From: a bacterium
Lineage (GTDB): Bacteria > CG2-30-53-67 > CG2-30-70-394
NCBI GenBank assembly: GCA_024278555.1
Contig: JAJRSX010000079.1
Location: forward strand, 1 to 53,147
Direction: 5' to 3'
Length of the DNA: 53,147 bases
The notes under the pieces were generated by a model. It saw only the letters and a program-made list of their open reading frames with translations. It was not told the DNA's origin and ran no database searches. The translations under genes were made by a program, and so were the position numbers. Below are positions 26,244 to 35,091 of the stretch, piece by piece. Position 1 is the stretch's first letter. Every line of letters starts with the position of its first letter.

Positions 26244-27281
26244 ATGAAGCTACATCCCCACACCCGCCGGGCGATCTACACCTGGTTCATTGCCCTCGCG
26301 CTCCTGGCCACGCCCTCCATGGCGATGGCCGCAAAGAAGGCGGGGATCTTCCAGAAGGTCCTCGAGACCCCGCGGAGCTTCGCCGAGACCACCGCCGCTT
26401 TGGAGCAGGCGATCGCGTCCTCCAACCTGGAGCTCATCGGCAAGAGCGACGTGCCGGTACCCAAAAACGCCCAGAAGGCGCGGGTCTACGTGCTCACCTC
26501 TCCCGCCTTCACCCGTGTCGCCCTGGCGATCATGGCGCCGGACGAGGTCTCCGCCCTGATCCAGCGGATCGGGGTCTACGAGGCGTACGGCAAGGTCAAC
26601 ATCAACATCGCCAACCCCGAGGCGATCGCGAACGTCTACTTCGCCGACGAGAAGCAGCGCGACACCCTGATCGCCGCGGCGCTGGCGGCGAAGACCGAGC
26701 TGATCAAGGTAATCCGCTCGGTCCCGGGGATCCCGAAAGATGAGCAGCAGGCGCCGGTGCGTAAGTTGAAAAAGTACCGCGGCTACAACGGCGACGGCCC
26801 GGCCAAGATGATGGCGAAGTTCCGGGACTTCCGGGAGAGCCTCCTGACCGTCAAAGAGGTGGACGGCAACACCCCGGTGGAGCGTCTCATCGACGAGATC
26901 AAGGCGAACGCGGCGCGCTCCCTGGCCGCGAACGCGGAGAAGGGGTGGCACGTGGTGGCGGAGAAGCGCTTTTCCAACGACCTCGCGTGGCTCGGGATCA
27001 TGAACCAATACACCGGAATCAAGTGCATCAACATCAACTCGGACTTCCGCTTCGGAGACAAGAAGGACAACACGCGGTACCCGGGGGTGGACCACACCCC
27101 GGCGATGCCCATGGAGCTGATCCTTTACAAGAAGGACGGCAAGTGGCAGATCGCCCAGTACGGAGAGATGTGGCGGATGCAGCTCTACTTCTGGGACTCG
27201 GGCTACACCGCCTTCGCCAAGAACACCCTCATCCCGTCGATCATCTTCGGGAACATCGAGGATCTGGTGGAGGGGAAGTAA
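26244..27281 (+). CDS. Secreted protein of unknown function (DUF302-like N-terminus)
   Basis: Strong RBS, signal peptide, SFAETTAALEQAI pattern, Lys-rich composition unlike backbone genes. Confidence 0.8.
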   Translation: MKLHPHTRRAIYTWFIALALLATPSMAMAAKKAGIFQKVLETPRSFAETTAALEQAIASSNLELIGKSDVPVPKNAQKARVYVLTSPAFTRVALAIMAPDEVSALIQRIGVYEAYGKVNINIANPEAIANVYFADEKQRDTLIAAALAAKTELIKVIRSVPGIPKDEQQAPVRKLKKYRGYNGDGPAKMMAKFRDFRESLLTVKEVDGNTPVERLIDEIKANAARSLAANAEKGWHVVAEKRFSNDLAWLGIMNQYTGIKCININSDFRFGDKKDNTRYPGVDHTPAMPMELILYKKDGKWQIAQYGEMWRMQLYFWDSGYTAFAKNTLIPSIIFGNIEDLVEGK

Positions 27282-27292
27282 CCCCGTCGTTG

Positions 27293-27328
27293 ACAGCCCC
27301 CCCTGCCGGCAGGTTGGGGGGGCTGTCC
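27293..27328. terminator. Hairpin between convergent genes
   Basis: GACAGCCCCCCC ... GGGGGGGCTGTC stem, no U tract. Confidence 0.45.
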
Positions 27329-27525
27329 GACCTGGACGATCGCGGCCCGGGGAGGCGGCCAGAACCACCGGCACCCGCGATCGAGCTGATTCCCACTGCC
27401 GCTGAGTGCGGCACGGAGTGCTCGTGTGAAGAGGGTGCAAAACCGCGGCCATCGTAAGCGCCACGCCGTCCGAGGCGCTGACCCTCTCATCGCCCGCGGC
27501 ACCGGCGGGCTCGCGCTCACCTTCC

Positions 27526-27855
27526 CTACCGGCCGTCTCCCGAGGCGGTTGCCTCCTCCCGCTTCTGGAGCCAACGCCCCAGCTCCTCCAGGATCGCCAG
27601 CAGCCCCGGGTCGGGGAGACAGTAGTAGATAAAGGGGCCGCGCCGCTCTGGGCGCACCAGCCCCGCCTCGCGCAAGAGGCGGAGGTGGAAGGAGCAGTTG
27701 GTCTGGGAGAGGCCGGTAGCGGCGAGGATGGCGGAGACCGGCCGGCACTCCAGCCCGAGGCTGCACAGGATCCGCAGGCGGTTCGGCTCCCCCAGGAGCT
27801 TGAAGACACGACTCAGGGGTTCGACGTTGATGGCGGGTGTTGTGTTATCGCTCAT
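27526..27855 (-). CDS. ArsR/SmtB family regulator, Cys-rich
   Basis: FKLLGEPNRLRIL, SQTNCSFHLRLLREAGLV, YYCL; divergent from methyltransferase. Confidence 0.9.
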   Translation of the reverse strand: MSDNTTPAINVEPLSRVFKLLGEPNRLRILCSLGLECRPVSAILAATGLSQTNCSFHLRLLREAGLVRPERRGPFIYYCLPDPGLLAILEELGRWLQKREEATASGDGR

Positions 27856-27962
27856 ATGAGTCTTTACTAAAGTATGGGGTGATCGTCCCCAGCCGACCGC
27901 CCGGTGTCAACCTTGTCCGATGGAGCAGGGGGCGGTGTCAACTGGATCAGTGGAGCGCCTGT

Positions 27963-28712
27963 ATGGCAACCGAGCATGACGTCGAGGGTATCCAGCAGGG
28001 GATCCGGCAGAAGTACGCCGCGGTCGCCGCCAGCGCCACGGGCAAGTTCGCCTACCCCACGGGGCGCGAGGGGGCGGTGACCTTGGCTTATGACCCGGTC
28101 CACCTGGCAGCGGCGCACGAGGGGCTTTTTGCCGCCTACTGCGGCGTAGGCAATCCGTTCTCCCTGGGGGAGATCCGGGAGGGGGAGGCGCCCCTCGACG
28201 TGGGGTGCGGCGGCGGCCTCGACCTCTTCGTGGCGAGCCGCCTGGTGGGCCCGACCGGGCGGGCGTGTGGGATCGACCTGACGCCGGAGATGGCGTCCCG
28301 CGCCCGCGCCAACCTGACCTCCGCAGGCGTCGCCCACGCGGATGTCAAGGTGGCAACGGCCGAGGCGATCCCCTACCCGGACGCCACCTTCGACGTGGTC
28401 ACCTCCAATGGCGTCCTCAACCTCGCCCCGCGCAAGAGGCAAAGCTTCCGGGATATCTTCCGGGTGCTGCGCCCTGGCGGCCGGCTGCACCTCGTCGACA
28501 TCGTTCTGGCGGACGGGGTGCCGCAGCCTTCGACCTGCTCCATCGACGCCTGGTCCCGGTGAATCGGCGGTGCGATCCCGGTCGGGGATCTCGTTGCCCT
28601 CCTGCGGGAGGTGGGGTTTATCGAGGTGGAGCATGCAGGTGCCACCCCCATGGCCACCTCCAGACAGACGGCTGGGGCCTGCTTCCGGGCTCGCAGACCA
28701 CCCACCGACTGA
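27963..28712 (+). CDS. Selenocysteine-containing SAM-dependent methyltransferase (ArsM/AS3MT-like), Sec at residue 200
   Basis: LDVGCGGG, FDVVTSNGVLNL, RVLRPGG; in-frame TGA 28560-28562 in AWSR-U-IGGA, then 49 more codons; SECIS-like hairpin; selA in window. Confidence 0.85.
28566..28598 (+). promoter_or_regulatory. Bacterial SECIS element
   Basis: GGCGGUG-C-GAUCCC-[GGUCG]-GGGAUC-U-CGUUGCC; G-starting apical loop begins 17 nt after UGA. Confidence 0.78.
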
Positions 28713-28779
28713 TCACGCCATCGAAATTATTATTGTTCACCTCCCGCGCCGTACCGGCGCCCAACCCGAGGAGCCCCCC

Positions 28780-29139
28780 ATGGCCGACCGCTACCTGCTG
28801 ATCATCACCCACGCCAAGGACGACGAGGACCGGGCGAATGCCGCCATTGCCTTTGCCACCTCCCTGGTGAGCGACGGCCACGAGGTGGCCCTCTTCTTCC
28901 TCTTCGAGGGGGCCAACCTGGCGCGGCGCGGGGTGGCGGAGACCATCGCCGGGCGCAACTACGCGCCGGTGCGCGACCTGTTGCCGATCCTCCGGGAGGC
29001 GCCGGTGGAGCTCATGGTGTGCGGCGCCTGCGCCAAGACCTACAACATCGCGGAGGGCGACCTGATCGACGGCTGCCGGATCGTCCAGATCCCCACGGTG
29101 ACCGCCCTGATGGGGGGCCGCCAGACCCTCACCTTCTGA
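28780..29139 (+). CDS. DsrE/DsrF family sulfur-relay protein
   Basis: GAGGAG RBS; LFFLFEGANL, MVCGAC, ends QTLTF. Confidence 0.87.
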   Translation: MADRYLLIITHAKDDEDRANAAIAFATSLVSDGHEVALFFLFEGANLARRGVAETIAGRNYAPVRDLLPILREAPVELMVCGACAKTYNIAEGDLIDGCRIVQIPTVTALMGGRQTLTF

Positions 29140-29233
29140 GGGCTCGTGCAACAACACCAAGCTATTTTTTCGCGAGCCCTAACCGGGCAAGCCCCGGCCC
29201 GCCCGACCGAGGAGTTGTCATGGCCGTAGCACG

Positions 29234-29555
29234 GTGGCGCCGGATCGCCGCCGTTACACCCTCACCCTGACCAACACCGGCGCCGCCCACTACCTCCCCA
29301 CCGGCGCCCCCGACCGCCACCTCACCGTGACCTTCCGCCTCCTCGACACCGCCGGCCACACCCTCCGGGAGGAGCGCCACCGCCTGCGCCGCGCCATCCT
29401 CTGGCGCCCCTTTATCGTCGACCTGTGGGACACCCGGTTGGTGCGCCACACCCCCCGCACCTACACCTTCGACTTCGCCACGGTCGGCCGCGCCGCCTCC
29501 GCCACCCTGGAGGTGGCGGTCCGCTACCACCTCCTGGACGAGAAACGGCGGGCTC
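29234..29555 (+). pseudogene. C-terminal fragment of a multiheme c-type cytochrome
   Basis: LTLTNTGAAHYLPTGAPDR motif typical of the post-heme Ig-like domain; no start. Confidence 0.65.
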
Positions 29556-29745
29556 GCTCTCTGCGCGCAGGAGATCGAAGAGGGCGGGCATGGCGTCACG
29601 TACAGCCTCGGGGCCGGGCGGCACGTGCATCGGTGGGATTCTGCCGGAAGCAGGCGGGGGAGCAGGCGATGAGGGTGGCCGGCAGCGAGAAGAGGCGCGG
29701 GCCGTCCACCTCCTCGACGTCGCTTTCCGGCGGCATCGGCCTTGA
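29545..29745 (-). pseudogene. Internally deleted Fic-domain gene remnant
   Basis: RLFSLPATLIACSPACFRQNPTDAR in one frame, HVPPGPEAVRDAMPALFDLLRAESEPAV in another; recognised from family memory only. Confidence 0.5.
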
Positions 29746-29759
29746 AGGCGGGGTTTTAG

Positions 29760-29879
29760 CGCAGAGATGGGATGAGGAGGCCGCTCTCCTCGCGAGCTCA
29801 GGTTCTAACCTGGCTCAATCTAACCACGGGCTCGGAGCCCCCAAACAGAGGAGAGCGGCCTCCTCATCCCATCTCTGCG
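29760..29879. repeat. Perfect 32-bp inverted repeat with 56-bp spacer
   Basis: CGCAGAGATGGGATGAGGAGGCCGCTCTCCTC 29760-29791 and exact complement 29848-29879. Confidence 0.9.
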
Positions 29880-29888
29880 GTGCGCAAA

Positions 29889-30716
29889 TCAGTCGAGGAA
29901 GAGGTCCGGCAGGAGCGGCGCGCCGGGTTGCACTGCGTAGCGGTCAAAATCGGTGACCCCCTGGCCGCGGAGGAGCTCTTCGTCGATGAAGAAGCGGCCG
30001 GTGGCCTCGCGACTCGGACGGCAGAGGAGGCAGTGTGCGGCGTCGGCGACGATCTCGGCCTTGCGGCAGTTCTCCGCGCGCACCTGCGGGATCATCGCCA
30101 GGGCGGCGGTGGCGATCACCGTGCGCGGCCAGAGGCCGTTCACCGCCACCCCGGCCCCGGCCAGCTCCGCGGCCAGGCCGATCACCGCCAGGCTCATGGC
30201 GTACTTCGCCATGGTGTAGCCGGTGTGGTCCCGGAACCACTTGGGATCCAGATTCGGGGGCGGGGCGAGGGTGAGGATGTGGGGGTTGTCCGCCTCCAGG
30301 AGGTGCGGCAGACACGCCTGGCTGACGCACAGGGTGCCGCGACCGTTCACCGCCATCATCAGGTCGAACCGCTTCAGGGGCAGGGTGGCGGTGGAGGCGA
30401 GGAAGATGGCGGAGGCGTTGTTCACCACGATGTCGATGCCGCCAAACCGTTCCGCGGTTGTTGCCACCGCCGCGGCCACCGCCCCCTCGTCGCGGATATC
30501 CACGGCCAGGGGCAGGGCCTCCCCGCCCGCCTCCTCCACCTGCTCGGCCGCGGTGTAGATGGTCCCCGGCAGGCGCGGGTGGGGCTTGGCGCTCTTCGCC
30601 ACGATCGCCACCTTGGCGCCGTCGCGCGCCGCGCGCTCCGCGATCGCCAGGCCGATGCCGCGGCTGGCGCCGGTGATGAAGAGCCGCTTGTCGCGCAGGT
30701 CCGCCACCGGGCTCAC
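29889..30716 (-). CDS. SDR oxidoreductase, HSDL2/citronellol dehydrogenase-like
   Basis: ITGASRGIG, HPRLPGTIYTAA, NNASAI, YTMAK, LWPRTVIATAA. Confidence 0.9.
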   Translation of the reverse strand: MSPVADLRDKRLFITGASRGIGLAIAERAARDGAKVAIVAKSAKPHPRLPGTIYTAAEQVEEAGGEALPLAVDIRDEGAVAAAVATTAERFGGIDIVVNNASAIFLASTATLPLKRFDLMMAVNGRGTLCVSQACLPHLLEADNPHILTLAPPPNLDPKWFRDHTGYTMAKYAMSLAVIGLAAELAGAGVAVNGLWPRTVIATAALAMIPQVRAENCRKAEIVADAAHCLLCRPSREATGRFFIDEELLRGQGVTDFDRYAVQPGAPLLPDLFLD

Positions 30717-31120
30717 CGATCCGCGATGCAGGTGACGATTGCGGTGCGGCCGGTGCGCGGGCCGTCGAAATCGCAGAAGAAGAGGTTCTGCCAGCGCGAC
30801 AGGCCGAGGGTGCCGTCGATGATCGGGATCGTCTCCGACGGCCCGACGATCCCCGCCTTCAGATGGGCGTCGCCGTTGCCGTCCTGGCGGTCGTGGAGCC
30901 ACACCCCCTTCGGGATCAGCTTGCGCAGGCAGCTCACCACGTCGGTGGGGATGGAGGCGTCCCAGTTCTCCTGGACCATGATCGCCGAGGTCGCCCCCTG
31001 GGCGTAGACGCTACAGAGGCCATCACCCACGCCGCTTGCCGCCACCGCCGCGCGCACCTCCTCGGTGATGTCGATCAACTCCTCCCGCTGGCGGCTGGCC
31101 ACGACGATCTCGCTGCGCAT
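30713..31120 (-). CDS. yjbQ: YjbQ (UPF0047) family protein
   Basis: ELIDIT, QENWD, GNGDAHLKA, LGLSRWQ, DFDGPR. Confidence 0.88.
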   Translation of the reverse strand: MRSEIVVASRQREELIDITEEVRAAVAASGVGDGLCSVYAQGATSAIMVQENWDASIPTDVVSCLRKLIPKGVWLHDRQDGNGDAHLKAGIVGPSETIPIIDGTLGLSRWQNLFFCDFDGPRTGRTAIVTCIADR

Positions 31121-31277
31121 GGGCGGAGAGTAGCGCGGCAGGAGGCGGTGTCGCAGGGGGGGTGAGCGGAAACTGCGGCGGCCGTGGCTCCAACCCTCGA
31201 CAACCGCGATCACCATGGCCGTTGGTTGGCGCTTTGAGGTCGCGGGTGCCGGCAACGGTCCGCGAGGCCCATGGCGC

Positions 31278-33053
31278 TCACTGCGCGCGCAGGGAGATCT
31301 CTGGGGCGGCCGGGGCGGTGAATGCCTCGGGGAGGTGTTCTTGGCAGAACCGCTCCAGGCGGTCGCGGATGCGCGCGCTGTCGTCCATCCGCAGGAGGGC
31401 GGTGGCCAGCCGGCGGGCGTCGGCGGCGGGGACCGCGCGAATCACCTGTTTGACGTGCGGGATCTTCGGCAGGCTCATGGAGAGTACCCGCACCCCGAGG
31501 CCAATGAGCAGTGGTACGTAGAGGGGGTTGCCGCCCATCTCGCCGCACACCTCGACCTCGACCCCGTGGCGGTTGGCGCGCCGCACGACCTCGCGGATGA
31601 CCCGCAGGACCGCCGGCTGGAGGGGGTCGGTGAGGTAGGTGACGTGCTCGTTGGTGCGGTCCGCGGCCATCAGGTACTGGACGAGGTCGTTGGTGCCGAT
31701 GGAGAGAAAGTCGGATGCGCGGGCGATGTGGTCGCAGGTCAGGGCCGCCGACGGCACCTCGATCATCGCCCCTACCTCCACCTCCTCGGCGTGGGGGATG
31801 TTCTCCTCGCTGAGCTCGACGGCGATGGCGGCGATGAGCTTGCGTGTCTCAATGACCTCGCCCGCCGAGGTGACCATCGGCAGGAGGATGCGCAGGTGGC
31901 CGAGGACCGAGGCGCGCAGGAGCGCGCGGATCTGCGGTACGAAGAGCTCCCGGTGGGCGAGGCAGCAGCGGATCCCACGGAAGCCGAGGGCGGGGTTCTT
32001 CTCCAACTCGACGTCGAGGATGGGGGCGCTCTTGTCGGTGCCGAGGTCGACGGTGCGGATGGTGACCGGGTGGGGGGCACAGCCACGGAGGAGCTTTTCG
32101 TAGGCCCGGTAATGCTCCTCCTCCCCCGGCGGGGTGGTGTCGGTAAAGAGGTACTCGGTGCGGTAGAGCCCCACCTCTTTGACCCCGTAGCCGGCCATGC
32201 GCCGCACCTCGCGGGTGAGCTCGAGGTTGGCGAGCAGGCGGATCTCGACCCCGTCCGGGGTGGTGGCGGGGAGGTCGCGGAGGGTGGTAAGCGCCCGCTC
32301 TTCCGCCTGCTCGCGCCGCTGCTCGCGGCGGAAGTAGCGGAGGGTGGAGGGGTTGGGGGTGGCGATGGCGCTGCCGCGGCGGCCGTCGAGGATGACGATC
32401 TCGCCGGACTGGATGGTCTGGGTGGCGTTCTCCGTCCCGACCAGGGCGGGGATCTCCATGGAGCGCGCCATGATCGCCATGTGCGAGGTGGGGCCGCCGA
32501 GGTCGGTGATAATTCCCGCCACCTTGCGCGGCTGCATTCGGATGATCTCCGACGGCGCGAGGTCGTGGGCGACAAGGATGGCGCCGTCGGGGACCTGCGC
32601 GAGGTCGAAGCCGTGCTCGCCGCCGAGGTTGCGGAGGATGCGCCCCGCCACCTGCTCGATGTCGATGGTGCGTTGCTTCAGGTAGGGGTCGTCGCTCCCC
32701 TGCAGGCGGGAGATCAGCTCCAGGGTGGTCTGTCGGATCGCCATCTCCGCCGAGTACCCCTTGTCCGGGATGAGGGTGCGCGGCCGCTCCTCCCAGCGGC
32801 GGTCTCTGAGGAGGAGGACGTGGGTCTTGAGGATCTGGAGCTGCTCCTGCGGCGCGTGGCCGGCCACCTCCAGGAGGATGTGGTCGAGTTGGTCGCGGGA
32901 GCGCGCCACCGCCTCGTCGAGGCGGGTCAGCTCGCCCTCCGGGTCGGGGGTCATCACCGGGCAGTGGTCGCCGGCGGCGGTACGCACCGCGAGGAAGGCG
33001 GGTCCGATCGCCACCTGGCCGGTGGTGGCATAGCCGCGGGCGACGCGCATCAC
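31278..33053 (-). CDS. ptsI: PTS enzyme I (no GAF domain)
   Basis: GGPTSHMAI, GLYRTE, NPALGFRGIR, MIEVP, SIGTNDLVQY, VCGEMGG. Confidence 0.93.
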   Translation of the reverse strand: MMRVARGYATTGQVAIGPAFLAVRTAAGDHCPVMTPDPEGELTRLDEAVARSRDQLDHILLEVAGHAPQEQLQILKTHVLLLRDRRWEERPRTLIPDKGYSAEMAIRQTTLELISRLQGSDDPYLKQRTIDIEQVAGRILRNLGGEHGFDLAQVPDGAILVAHDLAPSEIIRMQPRKVAGIITDLGGPTSHMAIMARSMEIPALVGTENATQTIQSGEIVILDGRRGSAIATPNPSTLRYFRREQRREQAEERALTTLRDLPATTPDGVEIRLLANLELTREVRRMAGYGVKEVGLYRTEYLFTDTTPPGEEEHYRAYEKLLRGCAPHPVTIRTVDLGTDKSAPILDVELEKNPALGFRGIRCCLAHRELFVPQIRALLRASVLGHLRILLPMVTSAGEVIETRKLIAAIAVELSEENIPHAEEVEVGAMIEVPSAALTCDHIARASDFLSIGTNDLVQYLMAADRTNEHVTYLTDPLQPAVLRVIREVVRRANRHGVEVEVCGEMGGNPLYVPLLIGLGVRVLSMSLPKIPHVKQVIRAVPAADARRLATALLRMDDSARIRDRLERFCQEHLPEAFTAPAAPEISLRAQ

Positions 33054-33331
33054 TGCTCCTCGTCGAAGCAGCGGTGGAAGAGGTCGCCGAGGGCGGCGAG
33101 GGCCTCTTCCGCCTGCGGGCCCGCGGCCCGTGCTTCGAGGGTGACCCCCTTGGGGGCGGCAAACATCATCAGACCGAGGATCGAGCGGGCGTTGACCTCC
33201 ACCCCGTCACGCGCCAGGTAGATCTCCGTGGCGGGGTCGAACTGGTTGGTGAGGTTGACGATCTTCGCCGAGGCGCGGGCATGGAGGCCGAGCTCGTTTT
33301 CGACCGTGAGGGTGCAGGAGTGCTCGTTCAC
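33050..33331 (-). CDS. ptsH: Phosphocarrier HPr
   Basis: GLHARAS (His15), NARSILGLM (Ser46). Confidence 0.93.
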   Translation of the reverse strand: MNEHSCTLTVENELGLHARASAKIVNLTNQFDPATEIYLARDGVEVNARSILGLMMFAAPKGVTLEARAAGPQAEEALAALGDLFHRCFDEEQ

Positions 33332-33735
33332 TTTGGCGGCGTGGCATCGAGGACCGCACGGGTGACGAGGATCCCTCGTCGCCCCGCCTCCAGGGCCTGT
33401 TGGGCGAGGTCGGCGGGCGTTGCCCCCTCGCGCCGGGTGAGACACTTGATGAGCATCGGCAGGTTGACCCCGGCGACGATCTCCACCTGTTCCCGATCGA
33501 GAAAGGGGAGGGAGGTGTTGCTCGGGGTGCCGCCGTACATGTCGGTGAGGATGACCAGCCCATCTCTACAGCCGAGTGAGGCGATCACCGCCCGGATGTG
33601 CTGCTCGGTGAGCGGGAGCTGGTGGCTCTCGACGGTGATCGCCGCCAGACACTCCTGGCTGCCGAGGATGTATTCGGCGGCGGCGACCATGGCGGCGCCG
33701 ATCTCACCGTGGGTGACAAGGAGGATGCCGATCAT
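33328..33735 (-). CDS. PTS EIIA, mannose/fructose type
   Basis: MIGILLVTHG, LTDMYGGTPSN, GVNLPML. Confidence 0.92.
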   Translation of the reverse strand: MIGILLVTHGEIGAAMVAAAEYILGSQECLAAITVESHQLPLTEQHIRAVIASLGCRDGLVILTDMYGGTPSNTSLPFLDREQVEIVAGVNLPMLIKCLTRREGATPADLAQQALEAGRRGILVTRAVLDATPPK

Positions 33736-34601
33736 CGTTCCAGATCCCGGTGGCGGGTGGTGAGGGGGATCCCCCGCCCCTGTAGATAGGAGGCGAGGGC
33801 CTCGACGATCGCCACCGATCGGTGGTGTCCGCCGGTACACCCCACTGCGAGGGTAAAGTATGCCTTGCCTTCGTGGTGGTAGCGAGGGATGAGGAAGTCG
33901 AGCATCCCCCTGAGGTGCGCCAGGAAGGTGGTGGTGTCGTCGCAATCGAGCACATACCGCGCCACCGCCTCCTCCAGGCCGGTGTGCGCCTTGAGTTCGG
34001 GGACGAAATAGGGGTTGGGGAGGAAGCGGGCATCGACCACCATGTCGGCCTCGTACGGCAGGCCGTGCTTGAAGCCGAAGCTCACCAGGCCGACGTGCAG
34101 GGGGTGGTGGCCGTCCAGGGGCAGGAGCTCGCCGATGCGGCGACGCAGGTCGTGGACGGTGAGTTCGGTGGTGTCGACCTCGTGGGTGGCGAAGGGGCGC
34201 AGGGAGTCGAGGAGGGTCCGTTCGGCGTCGATCGCCTCGTCGAGGACCGGATAGCGGTCGGCGAGGGGGTGGGTGGAGCGGGTCTCCTGGAAGCGGCGGG
34301 TGAGGGTGGCGGAGGTGGCGAAAAGGTAGACGAGCTCGAAGGCGAGATCGCCCTGGCGGAGCTCCTCGAAGAGGGTGGTGAGACCGTCGCGGTCCGCCTC
34401 CGAGCGCACCTCCAGGCAGAGGGCGACCCGCTCCAGGGGCGAGCCCGACTGGTTGGCCTGTTCGATGAGCTGGCCGATGAGCGCCGTCGGCAGGTTATCG
34501 ATGCAGAAGACGCCGCGATCCTTCAGCGCCTTGATGGCGGTGGTCTTGCCGGAGCCGGAGAGGCCGAGGATGACAATGAGCTGGAGCGACGACTTATCCA
34601 T
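33732..34601 (-). CDS. rapZ: RNase adapter RapZ
   Basis: GLSGSGKT, IDNLP, SFGFKHG, DARFLPNP, GCTGGHHRSV. Confidence 0.95.
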   Translation of the reverse strand: MDKSSLQLIVILGLSGSGKTTAIKALKDRGVFCIDNLPTALIGQLIEQANQSGSPLERVALCLEVRSEADRDGLTTLFEELRQGDLAFELVYLFATSATLTRRFQETRSTHPLADRYPVLDEAIDAERTLLDSLRPFATHEVDTTELTVHDLRRRIGELLPLDGHHPLHVGLVSFGFKHGLPYEADMVVDARFLPNPYFVPELKAHTGLEEAVARYVLDCDDTTTFLAHLRGMLDFLIPRYHHEGKAYFTLAVGCTGGHHRSVAIVEALASYLQGRGIPLTTRHRDLER

Positions 34602-35091
34602 GGGGAGATCCCTGACCACGATTGGACACCAGTCCGGCGATCACCTCCAGCCGGTTAGCGCACGAGGTGGTGTCGGCGGCCTGGAGGACAAAGGTGGGGA
34701 GGCGGAAGCCGCACAGGGGGGTGGGAGGGTGGGGCGCGGTGGCGCGGCTCGGCGGGGCCGTGGCCGGCGGCAGCAGGTCGACCACCGCGTCGATCGCCGA
34801 GGTGGCGACGATCGCCTCCGGGCCGAAGAGATCGCCCACCTCCACCACCCCGACCTCGCGGACCTCCAGGCGGCCGGCGATCCGCGCCGGCGGTCTCCCC
34901 CACGGCCGCCCATCCCGTTCGGCGACCTCCACCACGTCGTCCGCCACCAGCCGGTGGCCGCGGCGCAGCAGCTCCAGGGCGACGTCACTCTTGCCCGCCC
35001 CGCTCGGGCCGCGGAGCAGGAGCCCCCGTCCGCGGACCACGATGAGGGAGGCGTGGAGGTGGTGGTTCGACGCCGACCGGCGCGGGGTCAC
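34594..35091 (-). CDS. hprK: Short HPr kinase/phosphorylase (kinase domain only)
   Basis: LHAS, GPSGAGKS, LVADDVV, LEVREVG; operon position. Confidence 0.8.
   Translation of the reverse strand: MTPRRSASNHHLHASLIVVRGRGLLLRGPSGAGKSDVALELLRRGHRLVADDVVEVAERDGRPWGRPPARIAGRLEVREVGVVEVGDLFGPEAIVATSAIDAVVDLLPPATAPPSRATAPHPPTPLCGFRLPTFVLQAADTTSCANRLEVIAGLVSNRGQGSPHG

Noticed and set aside
28342-28779. N-terminal extension of the DsrE ORF, or frameshift fusion with the methyltransferase
   Set aside because: In-frame UGA readthrough explains the region; dsrE has its own RBS at 28780
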